NCBI GenBank assembly: GCA_051532055.1
Contig: JAOPTX010000004.1
Span: forward strand, 141,378-205,377
Source of the DNA: Fibrobacterales bacterium
GTDB lineage: Bacteria > Fibrobacterota > Fibrobacteria > Fibrobacterales > JAOPTW01
Direction of reading: 5' to 3'
DNA: 64,000 nt
Below, one piece after another: positions 1 to 10,196 of the stretch. Each line of letters starts with the position of its first letter. Within the stretch, counting starts at the first letter, position 1. The position numbers and the translations under genes are program-made. Below the pieces are notes generated by a model. The model ran no database searches. It saw only the letters and a list, made by a program, of their open reading frames with translations, and was not told the origin of the DNA.

Positions 1-1
1 T

Positions 2-1084
2 GGACAATATACTACGCAGGGAGGGACTCATCTCAATGCATTTAAAGAGGCGTTTGTAAAAACAATTCGCGACTTCTTTAAAAAAGATTATGATGCTGCA
101 GATATTAGAAGCGCAATTATTGCGGCGGTGTCAGTTAGAATCCAAGAACCAGTATTTGAATCTCAGACGAAAACTAAATTGGGTTCTACCCATGTAAGTG
201 AAGGGGGGGAGACCCTCAGGAAATGGATGGCTGACTTTATTCGTCGTGAGCTTGATAATTTCCTTCATAAAAACAGTGCAGTGGCAACAGCAATACTCAA
301 ACGTATTCAGCAGTCTGAAAAAGAACGTAAAGAGATTGCTGGTATTAAAAAGCTTGCAAATGAACGGGCCAAAAAAGCAAATATTCATAATCGAAAGCTC
401 CGTGATTGTAAATTCCATTTTGGTGGAAAACAAGATGAATGTAATGACACAATGATCTTTATTACAGAAGGTGATTCTGCTTCAGGTTCTATTACTACGG
501 CGAGAAGTGTTAAAACTCAGGCGGTATTTAGCCTTAAAGGGAAGCCACTCAATTGCTTTGGTCTGAGTAAAAAAGTGGTCTATGAGAATGAAGAGTTTAA
601 CCTGTTACAACATGCACTCGATATCGAAAATGGTATTGATAGTTTGCGGTACAATAAAGTGGTGATTGCAACTGATGCTGATGTTGATGGTATGCATATT
701 CGATTGCTTCTCTTGACCTTTTTTATTCAGTTTTTTCCTGAGCTTATTGAGAATGGTCATGTGTTTATCCTTGAAACACCACTCTTTAGGGTTCGGAATA
801 AAAATGAGACTGTCTACTGTTATGATGCACTTGAAAAAGATGTAGCTCTTGGACGATTGGGTAAAAAGTCAGAGATCACTCGTTTTAAAGGGCTTGGAGA
901 GATATCTCCTAATGAGTTTGGGAAGTTTTTACGTGAAGACTTACGGTTAGAGCCAGTTTTGCTTCACCCAGAGATGTCTAAGACTCAATTATTAACTCGT
1001 TTTATGGGTAAAAATACTCCTGAGCGTCAGAAATTTATTATTGAAAATTTACGTAATGTCGTTATTGACGATGTAGTTGCATAA
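2..1084 (+). CDS. parE: DNA topoisomerase IV subunit B (GyrB/ParE family), 5'-truncated by the window edge
   Basis: Frame is open from nt 2 ([16 protein letters not shown]). TOPRIM motifs [24 protein letters not shown] and RFKGLGE are present. Lies directly upstream of a GyrA/ParC gene. Confidence 0.9.
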   Translation, partial: GQYTTQGGTHLNAFKEAFVKTIRDFFKKDYDAADIRSAIIAAVSVRIQEPVFESQTKTKLGSTHVSEGGETLRKWMADFIRRELDNFLHKNSAVATAILKRIQQSEKERKEIAGIKKLANERAKKANIHNRKLRDCKFHFGGKQDECNDTMIFITEGDSASGSITTARSVKTQAVFSLKGKPLNCFGLSKKVVYENEEFNLLQHALDIENGIDSLRYNKVVIATDADVDGMHIRLLLLTFFIQFFPELIENGHVFILETPLFRVRNKNETVYCYDALEKDVALGRLGKKSEITRFKGLGEISPNEFGKFLREDLRLEPVLLHPEMSKTQLLTRFMGKNTPERQKFIIENLRNVVIDDVVA

Positions 1085-1167
1085 TTAACTCGGCAGACAG
1101 ATAGAAATAGTGATTTGTATGCAGTACTATAGAAATGTGCTGCACTCTTTAAGTACAAAAGAAAGAT

Positions 1168-3765
1168 ATGACAGATAAAAACCAAGAAGAACTCGATTTA
1201 AAAGAGATTGCTGCAGATGAGATTAATCATGAACTCTCTGTTACTGATAATAAGCATGTTGAACAACTCTACGAAGAGTGGTTTCTCGACTATGCATCCT
1301 ATGTGATACTTGATAGGGCGGTACCTTATTTCGAAGATGGGCTAAAGCCTGTTCAACGTCGTATTCTCCACTCATTTTGGGAGAAAAGCGATGGTCGTTA
1401 TCACAAAATAGCTAATATCATTGGGCATACAATGCAGTATCATCCTCATGGAGATGCCTCAATTGGTGATGCTATTGTTACTCTTGGTCAAAAAGACCTC
1501 TTGATTGATCCACAGGGTAACTGGGGTAATATCATGACCGGCGACCGCTCGGCAGCTGCTCGATACATAGAAGGACGACTGACCCCATTTGCCTTAGAAA
1601 TTGCTTTTAATCCTGATACGACACATTGGTTGCCTTCTTATGACGGCCGCTCCAAAGAACCTTCTAAACTCCCAATGAAATTCCCAATGATTCTTGCTCA
1701 AGGGGTTAAAGGGATTGCAGTTGGGCTATCAACTGAGATATTGCCTCATAATTTTTGTGAATTGATTCAGTCATCTATTGCTCATTTGAGAAAACGCTCA
1801 TTTACTTTATATCCAGATTTTCAGCAGGGTGGTATTGTCGATATCACTAACTACAAGAGTGGTGAGCGCGGTGGTAAAGTTAAGGTACGTGCTAAAATTG
1901 AACAGTATGATAAAAAAACACTTTCAATCACTGAAGTACCCTTTGGGACAACGACAACATCACTGATAGATTCTATTGTATCTGCGAATGATAAAAGTAA
2001 AATTAAGATTAAGAAGGTCGAGGATAACACGGCGAGTGAAGTTGAAATACTTATCCATCTTGCCCCAGGTATTGATCCTGTTATAACAATAGAAGCACTC
2101 TATGCCTTTACTGACTGTGAAGTTTCTATCAGTACAAATTGTTGTATTATTCGTGATGATAAGCCGGTTTTTACCGATGTTCAGACAATTTTAAAACAGT
2201 CAACAGAGCACACTGTGTCTCTTCTTGAGTGGGAACTTAAAAATAGACGTGATGAGCTTAATCGTAAATGGCATTTGGCATCTCTTGAAAAAATATTTAT
2301 TGAGAAAAAGGTCTACCTCACGATTGAAGAGGCTAAATCTCGTGAAGAGATGATAACATTTGTTGATGATGGGTTGAAACCACATACTAAAAAACTCCGA
2401 ATACCAGTGACTCAAGAAGATGTTTTGCGTCTTTGTGAGATTCCTATCAGAAAAATTTCCCGATTTGATACGAAGAAGAATCAAGAACTCTTAAAAGAGC
2501 TTGATGACAAAATTGAAGAAGTTGAAAATTTTCTCGCCAATCTCATAGATTATTCAATTAACTATTTTAAGGGCCTTCTGACAAAATATGGGAAAGGACG
2601 TGAGAGAAAAACCGAGATTGAAGAGTTTCAAACACTCTCTGCTAAACAAGTCGCGGTTGCGAATCAACGTCTTTATGTGAGTAAAAAAGAGGGTTTTGTA
2701 GGGACGTCTCTTAAAAAAGATGAATATGTTTTTGATTGCTCTCCGTATGATGAATTGATTGTTTTTAAGAAAGACGCTACGTTTATGGTTACTAAGGTCG
2801 ATAAAAAGGTCTATGTTGGTAAAGATATCATTCACATTGAAATTTTTCATAAAGAGGATGATCGAACAACCTACAACTATATCTATGAAGATGGGACAGA
2901 TAAACGGTCGTATATTAAACGCTTTAATGTGACGGGTATTACTCGAAATAAAGATTATCCTTTAGCAAAAAGTGCAAAATCTAAAGTGCTCTACTTCTCG
3001 TCAAACCCTAATGGTGAAGCGGAAGTAGTTGAGGTGACTCTGAAACCACAACCACGTATTAAACTTGCTTTTAAGGTTGACTTCAGTGAGACAGAGGTGA
3101 AAGCGCGGGGGGCTAAAGGGAACACTGTTACCAAACACCCTGTGAAAAAAATTAAACTTCTTAAAGCAGGGACATCTACATTAGAAGATCAAACTCTCTT
3201 TTACGATTCAATCACAAATGTGGTGAGTAACGTTAAGAGGGGTGAAGAGATAGGGGCTTTTTCTGGGGATGACTTAATAATGGTTGTCCGTGTAAATGGA
3301 CGAGTTAACTTTTTTGCCGTTGAAGCTTCAGTAGCTATTGGTGGTGAAGTACTGTGTGTTAAAAGGTATGACCCAGAAGCATATCATTCGGCAATTTACT
3401 ATGAAGGTAATTCCCTCTCATTTTATGTGAAACGTTTTGATTTCGGTGAAGTTACTGCCGGTAAAGATATGGCTTGTATTTCTGATAATAAAGACTCAGT
3501 TCTCCTTTATTTTAGCAATGATCATGAACCAAAATGCCTTGTTGAATTTGCCGGTACAAAAAAACGTGGTGCATCTGCTGCAATTGAAATATTTGAATTC
3601 GCAGATGAGGAACTCTATCCTATTAGAGGTATTCGTGCCCTAGGGACGCGAATTACGGCTAAAAAGATTAAGAAAGTTCTCGATGTTACAACTGTTACAC
3701 CTAAAAAGAACGATTTTGAAGAGGTATTAAAGAAGGTGCCCGTAATTCAATTAAAGAAATTTTAG
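1168..3765 (+). CDS. parC: DNA topoisomerase IV subunit A (GyrA/ParC family)
   Basis: DGLKPVQRR, YHPHGDASI and catalytic AAARYIE motifs. The C-terminal region is divergent and no canonical GyrA-box is evident. Confidence 0.88.
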   Translation: MTDKNQEELDLKEIAADEINHELSVTDNKHVEQLYEEWFLDYASYVILDRAVPYFEDGLKPVQRRILHSFWEKSDGRYHKIANIIGHTMQYHPHGDASIGDAIVTLGQKDLLIDPQGNWGNIMTGDRSAAARYIEGRLTPFALEIAFNPDTTHWLPSYDGRSKEPSKLPMKFPMILAQGVKGIAVGLSTEILPHNFCELIQSSIAHLRKRSFTLYPDFQQGGIVDITNYKSGERGGKVKVRAKIEQYDKKTLSITEVPFGTTTTSLIDSIVSANDKSKIKIKKVEDNTASEVEILIHLAPGIDPVITIEALYAFTDCEVSISTNCCIIRDDKPVFTDVQTILKQSTEHTVSLLEWELKNRRDELNRKWHLASLEKIFIEKKVYLTIEEAKSREEMITFVDDGLKPHTKKLRIPVTQEDVLRLCEIPIRKISRFDTKKNQELLKELDDKIEEVENFLANLIDYSINYFKGLLTKYGKGRERKTEIEEFQTLSAKQVAVANQRLYVSKKEGFVGTSLKKDEYVFDCSPYDELIVFKKDATFMVTKVDKKVYVGKDIIHIEIFHKEDDRTTYNYIYEDGTDKRSYIKRFNVTGITRNKDYPLAKSAKSKVLYFSSNPNGEAEVVEVTLKPQPRIKLAFKVDFSETEVKARGAKGNTVTKHPVKKIKLLKAGTSTLEDQTLFYDSITNVVSNVKRGEEIGAFSGDDLIMVVRVNGRVNFFAVEASVAIGGEVLCVKRYDPEAYHSAIYYEGNSLSFYVKRFDFGEVTAGKDMACISDNKDSVLLYFSNDHEPKCLVEFAGTKKRGASAAIEIFEFADEELYPIRGIRALGTRITAKKIKKVLDVTTVTPKKNDFEEVLKKVPVIQLKKF

Positions 3766-3780
3766 GCTTTAATTATAACT

Positions 3781-3812
3781 AAAATGCACTTTTAGAGAAA
3801 GTGCATTTTTTT
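3781..3812 (+). terminator. Intrinsic terminator after parC
   Basis: Inverted repeat AAAATGCACTTT...AAAGTGCATTTT running into a T-tract. Confidence 0.75.
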
Positions 3813-3875
3813 ATTGATTATATATTAGAAAATGCTTATATTCTTATTAACAATTTATCCATAAAGGAGTATCCT

Positions 3876-4199
3876 ATGATATTCGATGCAATAAAAAAAG
3901 TATTAGGTGGAAACGGTGAGGAAATTGCTGAGGCCGTTAAGAGTGGAGCTACGTTAATAGATGTACGAAGTGCAGGTGAATTTAGAGGTGGTTCGGTACC
4001 AGGAGCCATTAATATTCCTCATGATGAGATGAGAAAGCACAAAGCTAAATTTGAAAAAATGAAGCAACCACTCATTCTGTTTTGTGCATCAGGTATGCGA
4101 TCTGCAACTGCAACTATGGCGCTGAAAGGAATGGGGATTGAAAATGTACTCAATGGAAAGACTTGGGGATCGGTAAATGCAATAGTTCAAGGTAAATAA
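3876..4199 (+). CDS. Single-domain rhodanese (sulfurtransferase)
   Basis: IDVRS..EF..G.VPGAINIP and active-site loop FCASGMRS. Start moved to ATG 3876 because an AAGGAG ribosome-binding site precedes it and the longer ORF overlaps the terminator. Confidence 0.9.
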   Translation: MIFDAIKKVLGGNGEEIAEAVKSGATLIDVRSAGEFRGGSVPGAINIPHDEMRKHKAKFEKMKQPLILFCASGMRSATATMALKGMGIENVLNGKTWGSVNAIVQGK

Positions 4200-4244
4200 C
4201 CGAGCATTATTACTTATCAATGCTTCTTCAAAAGGGAAGAGATT

Positions 4245-5861
4245 ATGGCACAAAGAATTGTAATTATTGGTGGGCTCTCAGCAGGACCCGCAGCTGCAGC
4301 AAAAGCTCGAAGAATGAGTGAGTCGGCGGAGATACTATTATTTGAGAAAGATACTGCAATTAGTTATGCAACCTGCGGGATGCCGTATGCATTATCCAAA
4401 AAAATAGCACAACGTGAAAACTTAATTGTGGTAAAGCCTGAACTGCTTGAACAGCGTTTTAATATAAAAATGCATTTAGGAGAAGAGGTCATCAAGGTTG
4501 ATCCGGTGGGGAAGTTTATTACAACTCCTCAAGGGCAGTATTCCTATGATACATTGATCTTTGCTACGGGGGCTCGTCCTGTCCTTCCACCAATTGAAGG
4601 AATTAAAGAGGCTGCTAATAAATCATTTTTAAGAACTCTTGACGATTTTGATCGACTCATGGGTAAGGATGGTCTTGTCAGTGCACAGAAAGTAACAATA
4701 TTGGGTGCGGGTCTAATTGGTGTAGAGATTGCAGAAAATTTACGTCATATTGGTAAAGAAGTCGTTATTGTTGAAGGTACACAACAGATACTTCCTATGT
4801 ATTCTGAAGAATTTGCATTGCTTGCTGAAGAGGTGTTGGTGAAAGAAGGAATACGTGTAGAGACCGGACAATTTGCAACAACTTTTAATGGTAAAATATT
4901 GACTCTTCAAGATGGAACTGAAATTGAGACTGACTATCTCATGCTTTCTACAGGAATAAAACCGGTGACCGAACTGCTAACAGAGCATGGTGCAGAGGTA
5001 TTGGGCAATGGCGCTCTTATTGTAAATGACCAAATGCAGACATCACTCCCAGATATATATGCTGCAGGAGATTGTGTTGCTATACCAAATCCTCTTACGA
5101 AAAAGCCCGGATACTTTCCATTGGGGACTCACTCAAATAAAGGGGGACGCACAGCAGCGATTAATGCTACAGGTGGTTCAGCTCACTATAAAGGTGGGTA
5201 TGGTACAGCAATAGTACAAGTATTTGATTATACCCTTGCCCGCACAGGTTTGTCTTCGAAGGAGATCTATGATAGTAGTTACAATCCAGAGTCGAGCTTT
5301 ATTTATGCAGGGGCAACACCTGGGTATTATCCTGGTAAGGAGGAGATAGCTCTCGAAATAATTTTTGATAAAAAATCAGGAAAGCTACTTTCTGCAGAAG
5401 CATGGGGTAAAAAAGGTGTTGATAAACGGATAGATGTATTGTCTACCGCACTGTATGCAGGTCTAACCATAGATGATCTTCATGATTTAGATTTAGCCTA
5501 TGCACCACCATTTTCGCCGGCAAAAGATCCCATTGTTGTTGCAGGCTATGTTGCTTCAAATCAAAATACTTTTGGCTACCGATCACTCACGCCAAATGAA
5601 TTTATGTTCGAAAGCACATTAGATGAGGCATTTGTCGTTGATGTCCGCACGGCTCATGAGTTTGAAAGGGGGGCAATTGAAGGAGCTAAAAACATACCGC
5701 TTGATAATTTAAGAGACCATCTCATTGAACTTCCGAAAGACTTAGATATACTTGTTTATTGTCAAAAAGGAATGCGTGGCTATATTGCATCTCAAATATT
5801 AGCAAACGAGGGTTTTAATGTTAAAAATCTTGCAGGGGGGTACGGAAGACTCAAGTTATAA
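4245..5861 (+). CDS. CoA-disulfide/persulfide reductase with C-terminal rhodanese domain (CoADR-RHD/Npsr-like)
   Basis: FAD-binding IIGGLSAG, redox Cys motif SYATCGMPY, GAGLIGVE, YAAGDC, LAYAPPFS, and C-terminal DVR...YCQKGMRG rhodanese domain. Confidence 0.9.
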   Translation: MAQRIVIIGGLSAGPAAAAKARRMSESAEILLFEKDTAISYATCGMPYALSKKIAQRENLIVVKPELLEQRFNIKMHLGEEVIKVDPVGKFITTPQGQYSYDTLIFATGARPVLPPIEGIKEAANKSFLRTLDDFDRLMGKDGLVSAQKVTILGAGLIGVEIAENLRHIGKEVVIVEGTQQILPMYSEEFALLAEEVLVKEGIRVETGQFATTFNGKILTLQDGTEIETDYLMLSTGIKPVTELLTEHGAEVLGNGALIVNDQMQTSLPDIYAAGDCVAIPNPLTKKPGYFPLGTHSNKGGRTAAINATGGSAHYKGGYGTAIVQVFDYTLARTGLSSKEIYDSSYNPESSFIYAGATPGYYPGKEEIALEIIFDKKSGKLLSAEAWGKKGVDKRIDVLSTALYAGLTIDDLHDLDLAYAPPFSPAKDPIVVAGYVASNQNTFGYRSLTPNEFMFESTLDEAFVVDVRTAHEFERGAIEGAKNIPLDNLRDHLIELPKDLDILVYCQKGMRGYIASQILANEGFNVKNLAGGYGRLKL

Positions 5862-5911
5862 AAATTAAGAGTACCGGTAAAATTCACCCATGGTGCAGAG
5901 TGGTAGTTTTG

Positions 5912-5945
5912 AGTCTGAAATCAATCATTTGGTTTCAGACTTTTT
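5912..5945 (+). terminator. Intrinsic terminator
   Basis: AGTCTGAAATCAA-loop-TTGGTTTCAGACT followed by TTTT. Confidence 0.7.
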
Positions 5946-5979
5946 ATATATTTAACCTATACACCTCATTTGGACCACT

Positions 5980-6165
5980 ATGTCTCAGTTACCTTGGATT
6001 CTTAAGTTGATCGGTATTATTATTCTTGCCGGATCGTTTCTCTATACAGATTTGATAGCCATGTTTAATCTACCTGCAGGAGGGCGTATGCCTTTGTTTG
6101 GATTTGGGGTCGTTCTTTATTTAGCCGGTGCAATCATGCATGCAGTGAGACGGTATAAAAAATGA
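5980..6165 (+). CDS. Small two-helix membrane protein
   Basis: 61 aa with two hydrophobic segments and a basic C-terminus. Its stop overlaps the start of the next gene. Confidence 0.65.
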   Translation: MSQLPWILKLIGIIILAGSFLYTDLIAMFNLPAGGRMPLFGFGVVLYLAGAIMHAVRRYKK

Positions 6166-6905
6166 TCGAAATAAAGGATCTTCGAAAAACTTGGAAGCAG
6201 GACCTTTTTAAGAAACCACATGAGGTTCTTAAAGGGGTAACGTTTTCGGTTCATAAAGGAGATCTTTTTGGGTTTATTGGTCCAAATGGAGCAGGTAAAT
6301 CTACAACAATAAAATCTCTGCTTGGGTTAATACGATACGATTCGGGTATTGCAACCTTGTTTGGAGAAAAAACTTTTTCAAAATCAGTTGCACAGCAAGT
6401 AGGATATCTTCCTGAGCATCCCTATTTTTATAGCTATCTAACTGGACGAGAATTACTCGCATTTTATGCCGAGTTACATGGAATAGGTCTGAATGATCGA
6501 AATGACCGAATTACAGAGGTTGCAGCCGAGTTACATATTGGTGATCATTGGATTGATACTCCTTTAAAAACCTACTCTAAAGGGATGGTTCAAAAAATAG
6601 GTATAGCTCAGGCAATACTTCATAAACCATCTCTTTTAATTCTAGATGAGCCGATGAGTGGTCTTGATCCTGTGGCCCGTCGATTGGTGCGTGACCTTCT
6701 GGTTACGCTAAATCAACAAGGTACTACTATCTTTTATTCCAGTCACATTTTACATGATGTTGAATCTGTTTCAAATCGTATTGCCCTATTAGTTGATGGG
6801 ACAGTACGAGCAGCAGGGACTATCAGTGATTTGATTGATAAGACGACATCGAGAAATTCTCTCGAAGAATTGTTACTTCAGGAGGTCAGTTCCATTGGTT
6901 ATTAA
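6162..6905 (+). CDS. ABC exporter ATP-binding protein
   Basis: Walker A GPNGAGKST, signature YSKGM, Walker B LILDEP, SSH switch. Confidence 0.93.
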   Translation: MIEIKDLRKTWKQDLFKKPHEVLKGVTFSVHKGDLFGFIGPNGAGKSTTIKSLLGLIRYDSGIATLFGEKTFSKSVAQQVGYLPEHPYFYSYLTGRELLAFYAELHGIGLNDRNDRITEVAAELHIGDHWIDTPLKTYSKGMVQKIGIAQAILHKPSLLILDEPMSGLDPVARRLVRDLLVTLNQQGTTIFYSSHILHDVESVSNRIALLVDGTVRAAGTISDLIDKTTSRNSLEELLLQEVSSIGY

Positions 6906-7680
6906 TACAATTGCAAAGAACACATTTCGTGAACACATTAGAAATAGAGTGTTGTATGTCATTGGCGCTATCGCACTATTTCTCATAGGCTTTGCACATG
7001 TCCTTGGAGATTGGGCTATTTTTAATCGCGTCTATGTCGTTACCTCGTTTACGCTTAGTGTGATGTCACTCAGTGGGTTACTGATCTCGATATTTATAGG
7101 CGTTGGCCTTGTACATACAGAATTAGAAAAGCATACCCTTTATACGATTGTAACGAAACCTGTTTCGAGAACACAGTTTCTTTTGGGCAAATATATTGGC
7201 TTACTGTATATTATTGCATGCCATCTAACAGTGCTCTCAATGGCTTTTATAATTGCAGTGTTACTTTCAGGAGGTGCAATAACGGTAGAGCATCTTTGGG
7301 TTCTTGTATTGAAAGGGTCGGAGATGGCTTTAGTCATAGCGATTGCTTTGTTTTTCTCTACTTTTTCGAGCACGGCTCTGAGTGCATTTTTCACCTTCAG
7401 CTTATACGTCGCAGGACAAACACTTCCATCAGTATTGGAACAGATAGCCTTTACCAAAAAAATAGGTTCAGCTCATTATTCTGAGGTACAAGATTCTATC
7501 GCTCATTTGCTTCACGCTATTGTGCCTGACTTTACATTATTTAATCGGTCTCATGAATTGATACATGCCATACCACTGAGTTTTTGCGATGTGAGTACTG
7601 CGTTCTGTTATGGGCTGTTGTATAGTATTCTGCTCCTAGCTGGAGCGGCATTCTGGTTTCACAGAAAAGAGTTTATTTGA
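6895..7680 (+). CDS. ABC-2 type permease
   Basis: IAKNTFRE..R N-terminus, TKPVSR.QFLLGKY motif and about six hydrophobic segments. TTG start at 6895 follows GGAGG (6881-6885). Confidence 0.88.
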   Translation: MVINTIAKNTFREHIRNRVLYVIGAIALFLIGFAHVLGDWAIFNRVYVVTSFTLSVMSLSGLLISIFIGVGLVHTELEKHTLYTIVTKPVSRTQFLLGKYIGLLYIIACHLTVLSMAFIIAVLLSGGAITVEHLWVLVLKGSEMALVIAIALFFSTFSSTALSAFFTFSLYVAGQTLPSVLEQIAFTKKIGSAHYSEVQDSIAHLLHAIVPDFTLFNRSHELIHAIPLSFCDVSTAFCYGLLYSILLLAGAAFWFHRKEFI

Positions 7681-10115
7681 GGATTACTATGTTGAATAGA
7701 TCAGATAGGAGTTTTATTAGCCTTCAAAAAACCCTACTAACAATTTTTTTATTCTGTTCTATAGGGAATAGTAAGGTAGTTCTCAATACCACAGATGCCT
7801 CTCGAGGCAAACTGTACGAAACTGTTGAAGAGAGTGCCGTCACTCATAATACTTCTAATAAAAATAGTGCGAATGAGAGTGATTTCAGTGAAGTTGAGGA
7901 GTTAAGCGATGGAGTGCCGATTCGTCCAGGCCTTTTTTTAAGTGGTGGATATGAAGAGTGCGCGCTTCATATTGGGATACTTAAGACTATTGAGACGTAT
8001 AAAATCCCCATTGATTATGTGTATGGATCATCATGGGGGGGGCTTATTGCTGCATTATGGGCGTCAGGGCATAGTGCTGATTCAATAGCAGTATTTCTGG
8101 ATAGACCAGAGATTATAGAGATTATGAAGGGTGATAGTGATGAGGGATTTCTACAATATAGCGCTCCTTTTGGTGTTATGGGTATTCAACAACGGTATAG
8201 CTTCATTAGTGATGGCGCCACAAAAAAAACTCTTGTAAAAACTAATAGAACGAGTGGTAGAGATGCGATACTCGCAGAATTAATAGCAGAAAAAATAGTT
8301 CCTTTCTTTTATGAGAAGGGTAGTTCCTATGATTCACTTAGAGTTCCATTAAGAATTATTACTTCAGATGTACAGACAAAGAAGCCTCATATTCATAAAA
8401 GTGGAAATATTTCAAAAGCTATTTTAGCCACACTTTCAAATATTGACCACGGTGAATTGTACTCTTTTAATAAAAATGAGGTTACCAATGGTCTTGTTTA
8501 TGCTCGTTTTGTTCCCGATTTTATTTTGGAAGAACATGAAGTTAATTGGCTTATAGCTGTAGATGCAAGTCCGGCAAAAATAACGGGTATTAATAGCCAA
8601 TCTGGGAAAGAACGCTATTTCAGAACTATACATGGATCGCAAGTAACAGGGGACCTTTACTATAGTGATAATGTTTTAAAGGTTCAGCCTTCTGCTTATT
8701 CTGGCCATGAATCTTTTAAAGCTATTATAGATAAAGGTGCAGCACTCATGAAGAGTAAAATGGATGCTCTATTTTTGGTGTATGGTGGGGAGTTCACACA
8801 TAAAGAGTATACACCTTTGAGTCTCTCAGCTGTATCAAAGACGTTTAAATTTAATCAACTGCATCTCAATACACTAGAGCCTCAATTTCATAGTTATGTG
8901 CATTATCTTTTGAGTTTTTATCCTCTTACTATTACCGGGAGTCACTTGAAAGGAATGGTAGGGGATCTTCACCGGTCTTCCTACTATTCATATCCACACC
9001 TCAGTTTATTTGAAAGTATCGATTCAGGTACCGTTGATATAGAAGTAGCCGCCAAAGTCCAAGACGAACTTACCCTTACGGGCGGGTTATTTGGTGGGTC
9101 ATTTTTATATCCCCATGCGTATGGCGCGGTGAGTTATGGAAGTGTAAATCATTTTCAATACACTGTAGCTCTTCAGGGGTGGATTGGGAATTTTGTTCAA
9201 GGCATGAGGGGAGCTGCTTCTTTTTATGCATTAGGAGGAGCGCCGTTCTTTTTTAAATTGTCGCAGTTTTATCAAAATATTGAGTATCAATCTCTAATGG
9301 GGGCCCTCGCAATTGAGAGAAATATATTGAAAGAAGAACGGGATTCTTTACATGTGTTGGTAGGGTATGAATCCTCTCATAAAGGTTTCTTATATGCAGA
9401 TATGTTTTTTGATAATTCATTGTTTACCATTACTGACTCTGATACTTTGAAAGAGGTGAAAGTAACAGCATTTGAGTTTGGGCTTGGAGGATTATTCAAT
9501 ACACTGAATGATGGAGAATTCTCTACTGGTGGTATATACATAGACCTTTCTGGGCATTTTAAAGCTGAGGGTTTTCCTGAGGTTATTGGTTCTTCAGCTC
9601 CTTTACATGTTGAGGGTGCTGGTCGGTTTCGCAGATATTGCTCCCCGCGATCGTGGCTACATCTTGGCTTTGGAGGGAGTGGTGCTGTGGACGTTGACTA
9701 TAAACAATTTGGTAAAATTCCGGAACCATTTACTGCAACCTTTTCAGAGTCTGACACCTTTTCAAAAATAGTCGAAAAAGATACCGTTATGAGTCGGCGA
9801 TTTAAACCTACTATGAATACAACACTCCGAGCGCAGTATGGGTATGATCCCCGTTTTGCAAGCTGGGGATTTGTGAATAGTTTTTTTACAACAGGGGTAT
9901 CGTGGAACTATCTGAGCAGTTGGATTCGTTTACATACTATGCACTCCTTTGATAATGGAGGAGAGTATCTTGATGGATTTCACTCTCTCTTTATTTTTGA
10001 AACAGTACTACGATTTAAAGTGCGTTCAATTGAATTGACACTCTTTAGCGAAAGTCAGTTTGATACAGAAATTGAACATTTAATTGGATTTCAAGTCGGG
10101 ACATTCCCGTTTTAG
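7677..10115 (+). CDS. Patatin-like domain plus probable outer-membrane beta-barrel (PlpD-like architecture) with degenerate catalytic motifs
   Basis: Signal-like N-terminus, then GLFLSGG..HIGILK.IE...IPIDY.YGSSWG. The C-terminal half has alternating amphipathic strands and ends in Phe. Confidence 0.72.
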   Translation: MRITMLNRSDRSFISLQKTLLTIFLFCSIGNSKVVLNTTDASRGKLYETVEESAVTHNTSNKNSANESDFSEVEELSDGVPIRPGLFLSGGYEECALHIGILKTIETYKIPIDYVYGSSWGGLIAALWASGHSADSIAVFLDRPEIIEIMKGDSDEGFLQYSAPFGVMGIQQRYSFISDGATKKTLVKTNRTSGRDAILAELIAEKIVPFFYEKGSSYDSLRVPLRIITSDVQTKKPHIHKSGNISKAILATLSNIDHGELYSFNKNEVTNGLVYARFVPDFILEEHEVNWLIAVDASPAKITGINSQSGKERYFRTIHGSQVTGDLYYSDNVLKVQPSAYSGHESFKAIIDKGAALMKSKMDALFLVYGGEFTHKEYTPLSLSAVSKTFKFNQLHLNTLEPQFHSYVHYLLSFYPLTITGSHLKGMVGDLHRSSYYSYPHLSLFESIDSGTVDIEVAAKVQDELTLTGGLFGGSFLYPHAYGAVSYGSVNHFQYTVALQGWIGNFVQGMRGAASFYALGGAPFFFKLSQFYQNIEYQSLMGALAIERNILKEERDSLHVLVGYESSHKGFLYADMFFDNSLFTITDSDTLKEVKVTAFEFGLGGLFNTLNDGEFSTGGIYIDLSGHFKAEGFPEVIGSSAPLHVEGAGRFRRYCSPRSWLHLGFGGSGAVDVDYKQFGKIPEPFTATFSESDTFSKIVEKDTVMSRRFKPTMNTTLRAQYGYDPRFASWGFVNSFFTTGVSWNYLSSWIRLHTMHSFDNGGEYLDGFHSLFIFETVLRFKVRSIELTLFSESQFDTEIEHLIGFQVGTFPF

Positions 10116-10196
10116 ATTTTTTTTAGGCAAAAAAATGACAAAAAAACCTTTTTGATGGTTTATAATCATAGTGGCATGGTATACTGATAGTATAGT

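Noticed and set aside
2..3765. Calling the topoisomerase pair gyrB/gyrA
   Set aside because: The short B-subunit C-terminus, the LKGKPLN motif and the absence of an evident GyrA-box favour topoisomerase IV. A phylogeny would be decisive.
3801..3875. N-terminal extension of the rhodanese ORF
   Set aside because: The GTG start lies within the parC terminator hairpin, and the ribosome-binding site supports ATG 3876.
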